Counted from the first letter of the stretch, positions 1-12,215 are shown. The stretch: DNA of 64,000 bases from Parcubacteria group bacterium RIFCSPLOWO2_01_FULL_48_18 (GCA_001824435.1 MHXH01000013.1:2346-66345), one strand, 5' to 3'. Notes: generated from the sequence alone by a model not told the origin. Translations and numbers: made by a program.

Positions 1-470
1 GAAGATCCGCCCGGAACCCGTTCAAGGTCATGGGGATTTTTCGTCAGTTGAAACGCGGAATTCTCTGTCGAAGAACCCATTGCGAACTCGTCCAGATTGG
101 TTTTGCCCAAAAATACCGCATCTGCCCCGCGCAGCTTTTCTATGACGGTCGAATCATACGCGGCGCGATAACGTTCTAATACCTTGGATGCCGCGGTTGT
201 TGGAGTGCCGCGGATTAATATATTGTCTTTGATTGCCATGGGACAGCCGACCAGCGTGCCGGTCGGCTCGTCTTTTGCAATTTTTACATCGATTTCATGA
301 GCTTGCTGAATCGCTTCGTCGTGGAAAAGAGAAAGATAAGCGCCAATCTCTTTGTCTTTCTTCTCGACGTAGCCAAGAAACTCTTTCGTGAGCTCGAAAG
401 CGGAAATCTCTTTATTCAGAAGAGCATCGCGGACTTTTGTAATTGTAAGACCCTTTAATAAAATCAGTTT
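1..470 (-). CDS. gatA: Glu-tRNA(Gln)/Asp-tRNA(Asn) amidotransferase subunit A, N-terminal part (gene runs off the left edge of the window)
   Basis: Minus-strand translation gives ...LTITKVRDALLNKEISAFELT...AIKDNILIRGTPTTAASKVLERYRAAYDSTVIEKLRGADAVFLGKTNLDEFAMGSSTENSAF, the amidase signature of GatA. It lies directly downstream of gatC. No in-frame ATG/GTG/TTG is visible before the upstream in-frame TAA, so the start codon is unclear. Confidence 0.8.
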
Positions 471-488
471 AGAATTTAGAATTTAGAA
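468..488. repeat. tandem heptamer repeat (TTTAGAA x3) in gatA-gatC spacer
   Basis: GTTTAGAATTTAGAATTTAGAATA. Confidence 0.8.
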
Positions 489-818
489 TACCGGTGGTAC
501 CTTTAAGAACGTTCCTTTCTTTTCCGGAAACGCCTCGATTACCCTTCCTGTTTCGCCGCTTTCCTTTTTCTTGAGCTCGATGTCAATTTCGTCCTGGCGC
601 ATGACCGTTGTCAGCAATGTTCCGCCGCTCATCGGCTCCGCGCCTTCGACGCGGACTTCTTTGAGCTGTTCGAAATAATCCAAAATGGCGCTCAAATCTT
701 TGAGAAGTCTCGGTCTGTCTTTTTGTGGAACATCGAGGCGTGAAAGCTCCAGCAGATGTTTTAAAAGTTGTTTGTCAATGCGTGACATATGCGCGGTGCC
801 AACAGATCGCGAATGCAT
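483..818 (-). CDS. gatC: Glu-tRNA(Gln) amidotransferase subunit C
   Basis: 111-aa ORF with GatC-like sequence (LAHLARL-type N-terminus, ...LKDLSAILDYFEQLKEV...). It precedes gatA in the classic gatCA(B) arrangement. Confidence 0.75.
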   Translation of the reverse strand: MHSRSVGTAHMSRIDKQLLKHLLELSRLDVPQKDRPRLLKDLSAILDYFEQLKEVRVEGAEPMSGGTLLTTVMRQDEIDIELKKKESGETGRVIEAFPEKKGTFLKVPPVF

Positions 819-887
819 GCGAATTACGCGAATAAAGAACGCTTTCGTGCCATTTGCGCGTGTTCACATTCATTTTGCGTCGCGTGC

Positions 888-3675
<2,788 letters not shown>

Positions 3676-3799
3676 TGTATAGCGAGTACCGTTACAAGTT
3701 AAATCAACTATGCCGAACCACTAAAATGCTATATTACGATTGAACCTTTTGAATGATGGGCATAACAGAAATTAGCTTGTAACGGTACGAGGAATGAGG

Positions 3800-4330
3800 T
3801 TAGCCGTCTAATTCTCGGGCGCTGACAGTTGTTTGCATATTGATAATAGGCACGCTCAGCCCGACAATACCTACCGGCGTGATGCGCAGCGTTATGGTGA
3901 TTCGGGGAGGGTAGCCGTCAGTTGGATTTGTGCCGAACAGGATGAACCGGAGATCCAGTACGCCCACGTCCTCTGCGGTGATCGGAGAAAAAACCATTCC
4001 GGTTCCGGGATCAACGCCCCGTTCAATTGCCTGGTTGGCGACATCAAGTTGATAGGCGACCGTTTCTCCGGCAGAGTTGGTGAAAGCGATTGAAGTTACG
4101 CCGGGTTTGGTGGCCGGCGCAGGAAAATTTCTACCCACCCGAATTTCCCGCGCCATTTGTTCCAACGCCGCAGACGCGTTCGAATTTGCGCTGATCAGAA
4201 TGACGGTTGCGCGCTGCGTTCTTAAATTCCGGATAAACCCGTCGACCGCAATGGAAACAACGGCAATAAAAAGCGACATGGCAACCAACGTCTCGGCTAC
4301 CGTAAACCCCGCGATAAGCCTCTGTTTCAC
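3800..4330 (-). CDS. type IV pilin-like / pseudopilin (prepilin-type N-terminal cleavage/methylation domain)
   Basis: N-terminus MKQRLIAG|FTVAETLVAMSLFIAVV is a class III signal peptide (G-F-T-x-x-E). Confidence 0.7.
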   Translation of the reverse strand: MKQRLIAGFTVAETLVAMSLFIAVVSIAVDGFIRNLRTQRATVILISANSNASAALEQMAREIRVGRNFPAPATKPGVTSIAFTNSAGETVAYQLDVANQAIERGVDPGTGMVFSPITAEDVGVLDLRFILFGTNPTDGYPPRITITLRITPVGIVGLSVPIINMQTTVSARELDG

Positions 4331-4334
4331 TGTT

Positions 4335-4420
4335 TCTAGAATTTAGAATTTGGAATTTAGAATTTGGAAAATCTGACTCCTATAATTCAGATTCCAGCTT
4401 CTAGATTCCAGATTCTAGAA
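4335..4420. repeat. intergenic heptamer-repeat hairpin (GAATTTA/GAATTTG x4 ... AGATTCC/AGATTCT x4, inverted halves)
   Basis: TCTAGAATTTAGAATTTGGAATTTAGAATTTGGAA ... TTCAGATTCCAGCTTCTAGATTCCAGATTCTAGAA fills the entire spacer between two pilin genes. Confidence 0.8.
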
Positions 4421-4423
4421 ATA

Positions 4424-5035
4424 TTACGGTCTCCAATCAAAAAAATGGTCATGTACCTCAAGAGAAAATGTTGCGCCCGAACGCGTTGTCCAGTCTACGC
4501 GGGAAATAACCTGAATTTCGTCCGAAGCCGGCTGGTTTATGGTAACGCGCCGCTTAAATCTGTTATAACGAGGATCGGGCGGAGGTCCTGTAAAGATATA
4601 ATCATAGACGCCGCTGCTTGTTGTATATACTAGGTTGATGTTGGTCGTAGCGTAAGGACAGAGTCGTTTGGGTTTGGGGCTGCAAGGAGAGGGACAGGGC
4701 GATGGACACAGCGTTGTTTCAAAATCAAGGGCTTTATCTGCATTTCCCGTAGTAATGCCTTGATCCCATGGGTTGCCTTGTATTTTGTTCGCATCAATGA
4801 GATTCTTTACGACCTCGATTCCCTCGGCTGCCAGGTAACTTGCGATATACTGATCGGCGATGAGGCGGTTGGCGCTTAGCGACCTGCTGATAAGCTCCAT
4901 GGTTCCTACGAGTCCAATGACAAGAATGCCCAATGCGATCATTGATTCAATCATGGCGATTCCATCTTTGTTTTTGATGCAGATCGTTGAAAAATCGCGC
5001 GCCCGTTGATAGATTTTTTTCTCCTTCAAAATCAT
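4424..5035 (-). CDS. type IV pilin-like / pseudopilin
   Basis: Prepilin motif ...KDG|IAMIESMIALGILVIGLV (G-I-x-x-I-E). It has a low-complexity CPSPCPSPCSPKPK segment. The true start may be an internal codon that gives a shorter leader. Confidence 0.6.
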   Translation of the reverse strand: MILKEKKIYQRARDFSTICIKNKDGIAMIESMIALGILVIGLVGTMELISRSLSANRLIADQYIASYLAAEGIEVVKNLIDANKIQGNPWDQGITTGNADKALDFETTLCPSPCPSPCSPKPKRLCPYATTNINLVYTTSSGVYDYIFTGPPPDPRYNRFKRRVTINQPASDEIQVISRVDWTTRSGATFSLEVHDHFFDWRP

Positions 5036-5045
5036 TACAGTAAGA

Positions 5046-5119
5046 CCATAGAATTTAAGTTCTTTTCTTGAAATTCCAAATTCTAAATTCTATCCGCCAA
5101 CCGGCGGACCAGATTCCGA
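5046..5119. repeat. intergenic heptamer-repeat hairpin + TCCGCC..GGCGGA palindrome
   Basis: ATAGAATTTAAG...GAAATTCCAAATTCTAAATTCTAT then TCCGCCAACCGGCGGACCAGATTCC. It is related to the element at 12853..12924. Confidence 0.75.
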
Positions 5120-5659
5120 TCAAAGAGTCGTTATCTGCCCGGCATTATTCACGCGGATCGTGATTGAAGAGCCGTCGGGCGTCTCCAGCACGACGTCCGC
5201 GTTCGTAATGAGCGGATCGCCGTTGATGATGATTTGCGGTTGCGGAGGAATATAGACGATGTCAGCTAGCGTTGTTCCGGCCGCCTGAATGCTGACGCCG
5301 GTCGGAAGATCATATACTTCCGGGTAGCCGTGCTCATCTAAATCTTCCGACGTCCCGCCGTATGCCAGGTCAGCGGTGGCGCAATCCGGAGGAGCGGAAG
5401 GGTCGTCTCGAAACAGCGCGTATCTATTGTTTGCCGTATCGATGTTGATGCCGTAGCCGCATGGCCGGCTTGGCAGGAGAAATGTCTGGAGCGACTTCGC
5501 CTTCACTCTATTAAAATTCGCCACCAGCAGGGATTTTTCGCGAAACAGCGCAATTTGGCGCTCGCCAGTGCGGTTAACTCCCAGCGTAATGGCCATAAGC
5601 ATTGCCACAATGCCGATCGTCACCAGCATTTCCACAAGCGAGAATCCTCGTGCGTTCAT
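5120..5659 (-). CDS. type IV pilin-like / pseudopilin
   Basis: Canonical prepilin N-terminus MNARG|FSLVEMLVTIGIVAMLMAI. Confidence 0.75.
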   Translation of the reverse strand: MNARGFSLVEMLVTIGIVAMLMAITLGVNRTGERQIALFREKSLLVANFNRVKAKSLQTFLLPSRPCGYGINIDTANNRYALFRDDPSAPPDCATADLAYGGTSEDLDEHGYPEVYDLPTGVSIQAAGTTLADIVYIPPQPQIIINGDPLITNADVVLETPDGSSITIRVNNAGQITTL

Positions 5660-5720
5660 CCTTCTATTATAGAGGATCGGCGGTCAAAATTGAAGCGCGG
5701 AGAGATTCTAAAGGAGAAAT

Positions 5721-6557
5721 TTAATTGAAATACCCGAAGAGTTTAAGGTAGCCGCTTACAAGTTCTTCGCCGAAGAAAAATAAAGTGAACATGCCGGCAA
5801 CGATGAACGGCGCGAACGGAACCGTGTCTTTCATGGTTTTTTTCCGCGTGAATAGGAGTGGAAGAGAGAACAGGGAACCGAGAATAAATGCGAGCGCGAG
5901 AGAGAGAGCGATATCCGGCCAGCCCAAAAATATGCCGGCCGCCCCTCCCAATTTTAAATCTCCCATACCCATGGCCCGGCCGCGGCTTCCCGCAATGATG
6001 ATGCCGAAAAATGCGATTGCGGCAAAAGAGGCAAGCAGGCGGTTGATGATGATGCTTTTTTGAAAACCGAGCAGAAGAGCAAATTTTCCAATCGTAGAGC
6101 CGCCTGTGAAACCGATATCCGGTGCAGCGCTCAAGGCGGCGGCATAAATAAGCCCCACCAGAATAATCGCCACGTTGAGCTCGTCCGGCACCACGCGGTC
6201 GCGAAAATCAATGACGGCAATGAGAATCAAGATCGTGGAGAAAAGAAGCCAGCATAGGACGGAGATTTCAAAGAATGCGCTTCCTTCAAGCAGGGTCGGC
6301 GCGAGCCCGCCTATGATTTCTTTCAGACGCGATGGGACTTCAGCGAAGACGACTCCACTTATCAGTTCAACAACAGGATACTGGACTGACAATGGCCCTT
6401 TGCAGCCGCGGCACCTTCCTTTTTGGATAAGGTAGCTGACCAGGGGGATAAGTTCGTACCACCCAAGCGTTTTTCGACAGTATGGACAATGCGACCGTCC
6501 GAGCAGGCTTCTTTTATTGAAAACAAAACCGCCGACCCGATACCGAATCGACAGCAC
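5721..6557 (-). CDS. pilD: prepilin leader peptidase / N-methyltransferase (A24 family)
   Basis: N-terminal CxxC...CxxC zinc-binding region (CPYCRKTL...CRGCKG) followed by ~7 TM helices. It sits between pilin genes. Confidence 0.85.
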   Translation of the reverse strand: MLSIRYRVGGFVFNKRSLLGRSHCPYCRKTLGWYELIPLVSYLIQKGRCRGCKGPLSVQYPVVELISGVVFAEVPSRLKEIIGGLAPTLLEGSAFFEISVLCWLLFSTILILIAVIDFRDRVVPDELNVAIILVGLIYAAALSAAPDIGFTGGSTIGKFALLLGFQKSIIINRLLASFAAIAFFGIIIAGSRGRAMGMGDLKLGGAAGIFLGWPDIALSLALAFILGSLFSLPLLFTRKKTMKDTVPFAPFIVAGMFTLFFFGEELVSGYLKLFGYFN

Positions 6558-6619
6558 GTTGATGAAGCTTCCGACAGCCGTTCCCAGGATAAATAAAAAA
6601 GGGTAATAAAAAAACGGGA

Positions 6620-6700
6620 ACAGAATTTAGGATTTAGAATTTAGAATTTAGGATTTAGGCAGTTCGCTAAATGCTAAATACCAAAAGCCAAATGCTCGGC
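6620..6700. repeat. tandem heptamer repeats (GAATTTAG/GGATTTAG x5; then CTAAATG-like x3)
   Basis: AGAATTTAGGATTTAGAATTTAGAATTTAGGATTTAGG...CTAAATGCTAAATACCAAAAGCCAAATGC lies between the pilD start and the pilA stop. Confidence 0.8.
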
Positions 6701-6707
6701 GCAAAAA

Positions 6708-7190
6708 TCAGAACTGCACGCAATATACCGGCGTGTCGCAATCGATGCCATAAATGGTGCCTATCGGGCTGTTGTCGAGGGCAGGGTTCGTAGGATCTTC
6801 AAGCGTCGCCGTCATCACATAGTTTAAACAGATGGAGCCGGCGCAGTTGCCCGGAGCATAATCATATGTGGCGCCCGTTTGTACGTTCAGCGGGTCATTG
6901 GAGAGGGAAAAGACTCCGATGTTTGCGTTTATAATTGCTCCTTCCATGGCGCTCCATCCGGTTACATTCGGATAACCGCTCTTCCCCGTGAAATAAAGCT
7001 CAAGGGCAGTGCGGGCCTGATGGAGGTCGGCAAGGCGGCGCGCGTCCCTGCCGCGGCTCCTGAAGCTCCCGGAGCCAACCAAAACAACCGATGCGAGCAT
7101 GCCGATAATCGAAATGACAATAAGCATTTCGATGAGGGTAAATCCTCTTTGATCGAGTTGAGGTTGTAATGCGTCAGAATTTGCCATCAT
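6708..7190 (-). CDS. pilA: type IV pilin (major pilin paralog 2)
   Basis: ...QRG|FTLIEMLIVISIIGMLASVVLVG, a textbook T4a pilin N-terminus. The C-terminal disulfide loop is CDTPVYCVQF. Confidence 0.85.
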   Translation of the reverse strand: MMANSDALQPQLDQRGFTLIEMLIVISIIGMLASVVLVGSGSFRSRGRDARRLADLHQARTALELYFTGKSGYPNVTGWSAMEGAIINANIGVFSLSNDPLNVQTGATYDYAPGNCAGSICLNYVMTATLEDPTNPALDNSPIGTIYGIDCDTPVYCVQF

Positions 7191-7267
7191 ATGGAGTTTG
7201 AAAATTAAGATTTTTTAATCCCCGATCGAATCGAGGGGCTAAAAAATATTACGTTCACTCGTGACGC

Positions 7268-7305
7268 GCAAACGAACCTAATAAAAATCTTATTAGGTTC
7301 GTTTG
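7268..7305. other. perfect 16-bp-stem hairpin between the two tandem major-pilin genes
   Basis: CAAACGAACCTAATAA-aaatc-TTATTAGGTTCGTTTG. Confidence 0.75.
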
Positions 7306-7316
7306 TCAATGCTTTT

Positions 7317-7772
7317 CTAGAATTCAACGCAGTAAAGCGGGTCAGTGCAATTTAGGCCGTTAGAAGGATTGGCGTCAACATCGTTGTTCAACACCGGATT
7401 AGCCCCATCTTCCAAGGTCGCGCCAAGCGTATAATTTAGTCCGTTTGCAGCTACGCCGTATTGGTAATCAACGCCAGCGCCGGGGATAAGAGGATCATTC
7501 GGAACGCTCGAAACTCCTATGCTAGCTCCAGTAAGCGCCTCCGTGAGGCTACCAGCGCCAGTCCAGCCGCTTACACCGGTAGGATAGGTATTCTGTGAAG
7601 TGAAATAGAGCTCCAGCATGTTCTGGACAGCCCTAATGTCAGTTACCCTGCGCGCATCCCGGCCCCTGGACCTGAATGATCCCAAGCCCACCAATACCAC
7701 CGAAGACAGAAGACCGATAATCGAAATGACGATGAGCAATTCAATCAATGTAAAACCTTTGTTTTTCTGCAT
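7317..7772 (-). CDS. pilA: type IV pilin (major pilin paralog 1)
   Basis: MQKNKG|FTLIELLIVISIIGLLSSVVLVG with C-terminal CTDPLYCVEF. It is a close paralog of 6708..7190, with the same RSRGRDARR block after the helix. Confidence 0.9.
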   Translation of the reverse strand: MQKNKGFTLIELLIVISIIGLLSSVVLVGLGSFRSRGRDARRVTDIRAVQNMLELYFTSQNTYPTGVSGWTGAGSLTEALTGASIGVSSVPNDPLIPGAGVDYQYGVAANGLNYTLGATLEDGANPVLNNDVDANPSNGLNCTDPLYCVEF

Positions 7773-7973
7773 AGTATCAATCTACTAAATGATATATCTC
7801 GACCTTTTTCTACCAGCGCTTATTTTACCAGTAACGTCAATCAAGAATAGTATGGGAGTGTTTTGTTCAGCCCACTATTTGTGAAATGACGTGATTAGTA
7901 AAATAAGTGCTGGGTTAAGGTTTTCTAGACAAATTTTGTTCGCCTGATGGGCTCCAAAATTTGTAGAAAGTCC

Positions 7974-9182
7974 TTAAAATCCTTGCGCCAGTTTGAATAT
8001 CGGTAGGATAATGGATCCGAATAGGATTCCTACCGCGCCGCCGATAAATACAATCAGCAGCGGTTGTATTAATTCTACCAAATTCGAAACCATAGCATCA
8101 ACCTCCCTTGTGTAAAACTCGGCAACCCTGCGCAGCAACTCTTCAAGTCTTCCGGTGGTCTCTCCGACAGCCACCATTTGGAAGGTAAACGGCGGAAAGT
8201 ATTTTTCGTAGCGGGAGATAGCGGTGGAAATAAGGTCTCCTCTCCGGATTGCCTGCGCCGCCTCAATGAGGACGTCTTCATACAGGACATTGCCGATGGT
8301 TTTTCCGGAAATTTCTATTGCCTGGGCAATGGGCACCCCGCCGCGGATAAGCACGCTTGTGGATTCTGCAAAGCGGGCGACGTACAGCTGGCGGTAGAGT
8401 TTTCCCAAAACCGGGGCGCGAACGCGGAGTTCGTCCATGAGCGCTCTTCCTTCCTTGGTTCGCAAGTAATCAATGAGCAGCACTCCCGCAATGGCTATGC
8501 CAACGATAAATGCCCACCACCATTTCGCCAAAAAATCCCCTGACCCCATGAGCATTCTTGTAAACAGGGGAAGTTCAACCCCCGCTTCTTCGAAAATGGG
8601 TCGTAACTGGGGAAGAATGACGGTTACGAGAAACGCGCCGACGCCGCCAAACAGCACGATAACGAAGATTGGATAGACCATGGCGTTTCTCACCCGCGTG
8701 GCAACGCCCGCCTCTTTTTCCAGGTAGTCCGCCAAATAATTCATCACCTCTTCCATTTTGCCGGTTACCTCTGCGGATCGCACCATGTTGAGGTAAAATT
8801 CGGAGAAAATATCCGGATGCTTCGACATGCTTTGGGAGAGGGAAAAGCCGGTATCCACGTCATTGGAAATTTCATAAATGGCATCCCGCAGCATGGGACT
8901 TAGCGTTTGCCGGTGGAGCGTTTTTAAAGAATCGGTGAGCGGGATTTTGGCTCCAAGGAGCGTGGAAATCTGCCGTGTGAATATCATGAGGTCAGTCCGT
9001 TTCACCCTGCGGAATATGCCGAAAGTTTTTTTCAGCGAGATTTCTTCCGCGACCTTGTCGAGTGACAACACGAACAGGCCGTGGCCGGAAAGTATGTTCA
9101 GCGCGGCGGCCTGATTTGCGGCATTCACGACGCCGGTCTGAAGCTCTCCGGTTTTGGTTTTGGCGGTGTAACGGAACTTCAA
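7974..9182 (-). CDS. pilC: type IV pilus inner-membrane platform protein PilC (GspF family)
   Basis: 402 aa with two GspF-like repeats and three TM segments. It sits between pilT and the pilins. Confidence 0.85.
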   Translation of the reverse strand: MKFRYTAKTKTGELQTGVVNAANQAAALNILSGHGLFVLSLDKVAEEISLKKTFGIFRRVKRTDLMIFTRQISTLLGAKIPLTDSLKTLHRQTLSPMLRDAIYEISNDVDTGFSLSQSMSKHPDIFSEFYLNMVRSAEVTGKMEEVMNYLADYLEKEAGVATRVRNAMVYPIFVIVLFGGVGAFLVTVILPQLRPIFEEAGVELPLFTRMLMGSGDFLAKWWWAFIVGIAIAGVLLIDYLRTKEGRALMDELRVRAPVLGKLYRQLYVARFAESTSVLIRGGVPIAQAIEISGKTIGNVLYEDVLIEAAQAIRRGDLISTAISRYEKYFPPFTFQMVAVGETTGRLEELLRRVAEFYTREVDAMVSNLVELIQPLLIVFIGGAVGILFGSIILPIFKLAQGF

Positions 9183-9272
9183 AAGGCTTTAGGCTTTAGG
9201 CTTTAGGCTTTAGGTATCTAGGCTTTAATTCCTAATTCCTAATGCCTAGCGCCTAATGTCTAATGTCTATTT
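9183..9272. repeat. intergenic heptamer-repeat hairpin (GGCTTTA x5 then xxxCCTA/GTCTAAT x6)
   Basis: AAGGCTTTAGGCTTTAGGCTTTAGGCTTTAGGTATCTAGGCTTTAATTCCTAATTCCTAATGCCTAGCGCCTAATGTCTAATGTCTA is the entire pilC-pilT spacer. The TTAGG and CCTAA halves are complementary. Confidence 0.8.
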
Positions 9273-10373
9273 TTACGTTCTCTCCAACAATAATCTCAAT
9301 TCCGAGGGATTGAGCGAATACAACTCCGCATTTTCAAGGGAGATTTCTTTTTTCTTCACGAGATTGACGAGCGAACGATTGAGGCTGACCATGCCTTCCT
9401 GCACGCTGGTTTCGATTACCAGATCGATTTGATACGCCTTTCGTTCGCGGATGAGGTTTCGTATAGCGGAGTTTGCAAGCATAATTTCGGTGGATGGTGC
9501 GCGGCCTCCTTCAATTCGCGGGATAAGCCGTTCGGATACAATGGCGACAAGCGTTGCTGAAAGCTGGGATGTGATTTGTCCCTGCTGTTCCGGCGGGAAG
9601 CTGTCGATAATGCGGTCGATTGTTTGCGCCGCAGAGTTTGTGTGGAGCGTGGAAAATACGAGGTGGCCGGTTTCTGCGGCAGACATGGACGTTGCCATCG
9701 TTTCCGGGTCGCGCATCTCTCCGATCATGATAACGTCCGGATCCTGGCGGAGCACCGACCTTAGGGCGCGGTGGAACGAAAGCGTATCCGACTTCACCTC
9801 CCGCTGGCTGATGATAGAACGATCTTGGATGAAGACGTATTCGATCGGGTCCTCGATGGTGATGATATGCTCGGTGCGGTTGTGGTTGATTTCATCTATC
9901 ATGGCCGCGAGCGTGGTGGATTTCCCGTGTCCGGCAGGACCGACGACCAAAATGAAGCCCTGGGAAAGCTTTGTGAAATCATAGAGAATGGGCGGCAGAC
10001 GAAGGTCTTCGATGGTGCGGATGCGCATGGGAATAAGACGGAGCGCCACCGAGAGGTAGCCGCGCTGATAAAATGTATTCACTCTAAAACGGGCCTTGTC
10101 CTCAAGCGTATAGGAAAAATCAAGTTCCTTATACCGCAGCAGTTGCTGTTTTTGTTCTTCGCCGATGAGCGCAAAGGCAAGTCCTTCGGCGATCTCGGGC
10201 GTGACAATTGCTTCTTTCTGGAGCGGCACTAGAATTCCGTCGATTCTTAGCGTCGGCCTTCGCCCTACGGAGATATGCAAATCAGACGCGTTCTGCCGCG
10301 CCGTAATCATAAGCAATTCTTTTAGTTTTTCTTCATAGTCTCCCATGCGTTTGCAATATGCGATACGAAACAC
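9273..10373 (-). CDS. pilT: twitching-motility / pilus retraction ATPase PilT
   Basis: Walker A GPAGHGKSTT, Asp box, Walker B DVIMIGEMRD and His box TLHTNSAAQTIDRI. The likely true start is the internal MGDYEE... (around 10346). Confidence 0.85.
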   Translation of the reverse strand: MFRIAYCKRMGDYEEKLKELLMITARQNASDLHISVGRRPTLRIDGILVPLQKEAIVTPEIAEGLAFALIGEEQKQQLLRYKELDFSYTLEDKARFRVNTFYQRGYLSVALRLIPMRIRTIEDLRLPPILYDFTKLSQGFILVVGPAGHGKSTTLAAMIDEINHNRTEHIITIEDPIEYVFIQDRSIISQREVKSDTLSFHRALRSVLRQDPDVIMIGEMRDPETMATSMSAAETGHLVFSTLHTNSAAQTIDRIIDSFPPEQQGQITSQLSATLVAIVSERLIPRIEGGRAPSTEIMLANSAIRNLIRERKAYQIDLVIETSVQEGMVSLNRSLVNLVKKKEISLENAELYSLNPSELRLLLERT

Positions 10374-10419
10374 GGAGGCCCATCAATCTCTTGATCCTCG
10401 TCTCTTGTCGCCCGTCGCT

Positions 10420-12162
10420 TTAGTCCCCCGTTTCCCGCAGTACTTCCTCCATCGACGTGATGCCCTCAAGCGCCTTGAGGATTCCGTCTTGGCGGAGCGT
10501 AACCATGCCCTGTCTGACAGACTCTTCGATAATTCGTTTTTCGGATAGTCCCGTTCTGATGATTTCTCCGAGCTCCGGCGTCATTGTAAGAATTTCAAAC
10601 AAAGCCAATCTTCCGCTGGTGCCTTTGTGTTTGCATTTCGCGCATCCGTCTGCAGAGTAAATGGTATACGGCGCGCGGTAGCTGATTGTTTTTGCCAGAT
10701 CGGAAGGAAGTTCGGAAAGCTCCTTTTTGATGACAGCTTGGATGTCAGAGGGAGCTCCAAGGGATTTTTTACAGTCCGGGCAGAGCTTTGCCACCAGGCG
10801 CTGGGAGATCATCATGTTGAGTGCAGGAGAAATCAGAAAGGGCTGTATGTTCATATCCACAAGCCGCGGGATGACTCCGACGGCATTGTTGGTATGGAGC
10901 GTGGAGAGCACGAGGTGTCCGGTAAGAGAAGCGTGGATTGCAAGCTCTGCGGTTTCATTGTCCCGAACCTCCCCTACCATTATTATATCAGGATCTTGGC
11001 GCAAAATCTGCCGGAGGCCTGAAGCAAAGGTATAACCGATCTCCGGCATAATCTGCGATTGATTGGGACCCTCAATAGTATATTCTACAGGATCTTCAAG
11101 GCTAATGACATTCACGTCTTCCTGGTTGAGTACCTGAAGGATGGAATAGAGCGTGGTGGTTTTACCTGATCCGGTCGGGCCGGTGATGAGAATCATGCCG
11201 TACGGTTCATCGATGCCTCGTTTGAGTATGTCGAAATTTTTGCCGGTCATACCGAGATCCGTGATGCTTTTGAGTCCTGCGGCAGGATCGAGTACGCGTA
11301 AAACCGCTTTTTCACCGACCGTAGTGGGAAATGTCGAAACGCGGAAATCAATGTCTTTGTTGAAAACGCTGGTGCGGAATCGGCCGTCTTGCGGTCTTCG
11401 GTTTTCATCGATTTTTAAGTCGGCAAGTATTTTAATTCGGCTGATAATGGGCTGGTGAAGGGGGATCGGCAGCGAGAGCACCTCTTGTAGTTCTCCGTCC
11501 AGGCGGAAGCGCACTCGTAGGCGGTTGCGCTGCGGTTCGACGTGGATATCCGAAGCGTTTTCCTCAACGGCATTTTTGAAGATTGAGGCGACCAGGCGGA
11601 TAATGGGTCCGGCTTCTTCTGCGACGGTCTTTTTCTCGAGTTCCACGGTGCGATACGGCGCGGTATACGCTTTGGAGCCCTTTGCCTGTTCTTCGATGGT
11701 ACGCAGCGCCTCTTCTACCTCGGTGCGGAAGGGCGAATATTTTCGCAGCAGTATTTCAAAATCGGAGAATGCCAGGATATATACCCCGACGTTCATGTTA
11801 TTCTTCTGCGCAATAAAGCGCAGTGCGTCTTGCGCCTTGCGGTCGTCCGGGTTGAGCATGCCTACAATGAGCGTGTCCGGCGTCCGATCGATCGGAACGA
11901 AACGATAATTGGTGGCAACCTCCGGAGGAACCAGTTTTAGGAATTCATCTTTTACCTGTTCTGGCGGTACGCGCTTGAAGGGTATTTTAAGATACTCGCT
12001 TTTTAACTGGGCGAGTATTACGTCATCTACGGAATGGCCGTCATAGAGATACGTTTCAAGGTTTTTGCCAGCCAACTGCGCTTCGTGGATAAGCCGATCG
12101 GTTTTTTGCTGAGTGAGAATATCTTTTTTTACCAGTAATTCCGAAAGTATACGATCATCCAT
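10420..12162 (-). CDS. pilB: type IV pilus assembly ATPase PilB (GspE family)
   Basis: 580 aa with an N-terminal GSPII domain, Walker A GPTGSGKTTT, and the tetracysteine Zn motif CPDCKKS...CAKCKHKG that is typical of PilB/GspE. Confidence 0.9.
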   Translation of the reverse strand: MDDRILSELLVKKDILTQQKTDRLIHEAQLAGKNLETYLYDGHSVDDVILAQLKSEYLKIPFKRVPPEQVKDEFLKLVPPEVATNYRFVPIDRTPDTLIVGMLNPDDRKAQDALRFIAQKNNMNVGVYILAFSDFEILLRKYSPFRTEVEEALRTIEEQAKGSKAYTAPYRTVELEKKTVAEEAGPIIRLVASIFKNAVEENASDIHVEPQRNRLRVRFRLDGELQEVLSLPIPLHQPIISRIKILADLKIDENRRPQDGRFRTSVFNKDIDFRVSTFPTTVGEKAVLRVLDPAAGLKSITDLGMTGKNFDILKRGIDEPYGMILITGPTGSGKTTTLYSILQVLNQEDVNVISLEDPVEYTIEGPNQSQIMPEIGYTFASGLRQILRQDPDIIMVGEVRDNETAELAIHASLTGHLVLSTLHTNNAVGVIPRLVDMNIQPFLISPALNMMISQRLVAKLCPDCKKSLGAPSDIQAVIKKELSELPSDLAKTISYRAPYTIYSADGCAKCKHKGTSGRLALFEILTMTPELGEIIRTGLSEKRIIEESVRQGMVTLRQDGILKALEGITSMEEVLRETGD

Positions 12163-12175
12163 CTTTTGGTTTCCG

Positions 12176-12215
12176 GGCCCCAGATTCCAGACCCCAGATT
12201 CTAGATTCTAAACGC
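12176..12215. repeat. tandem heptamer repeats (CAGATTC x3) upstream of pilB
   Basis: CCCCCAGATTCCAGACCCCAGATTCTAGATTCTAAACG. Confidence 0.75.
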
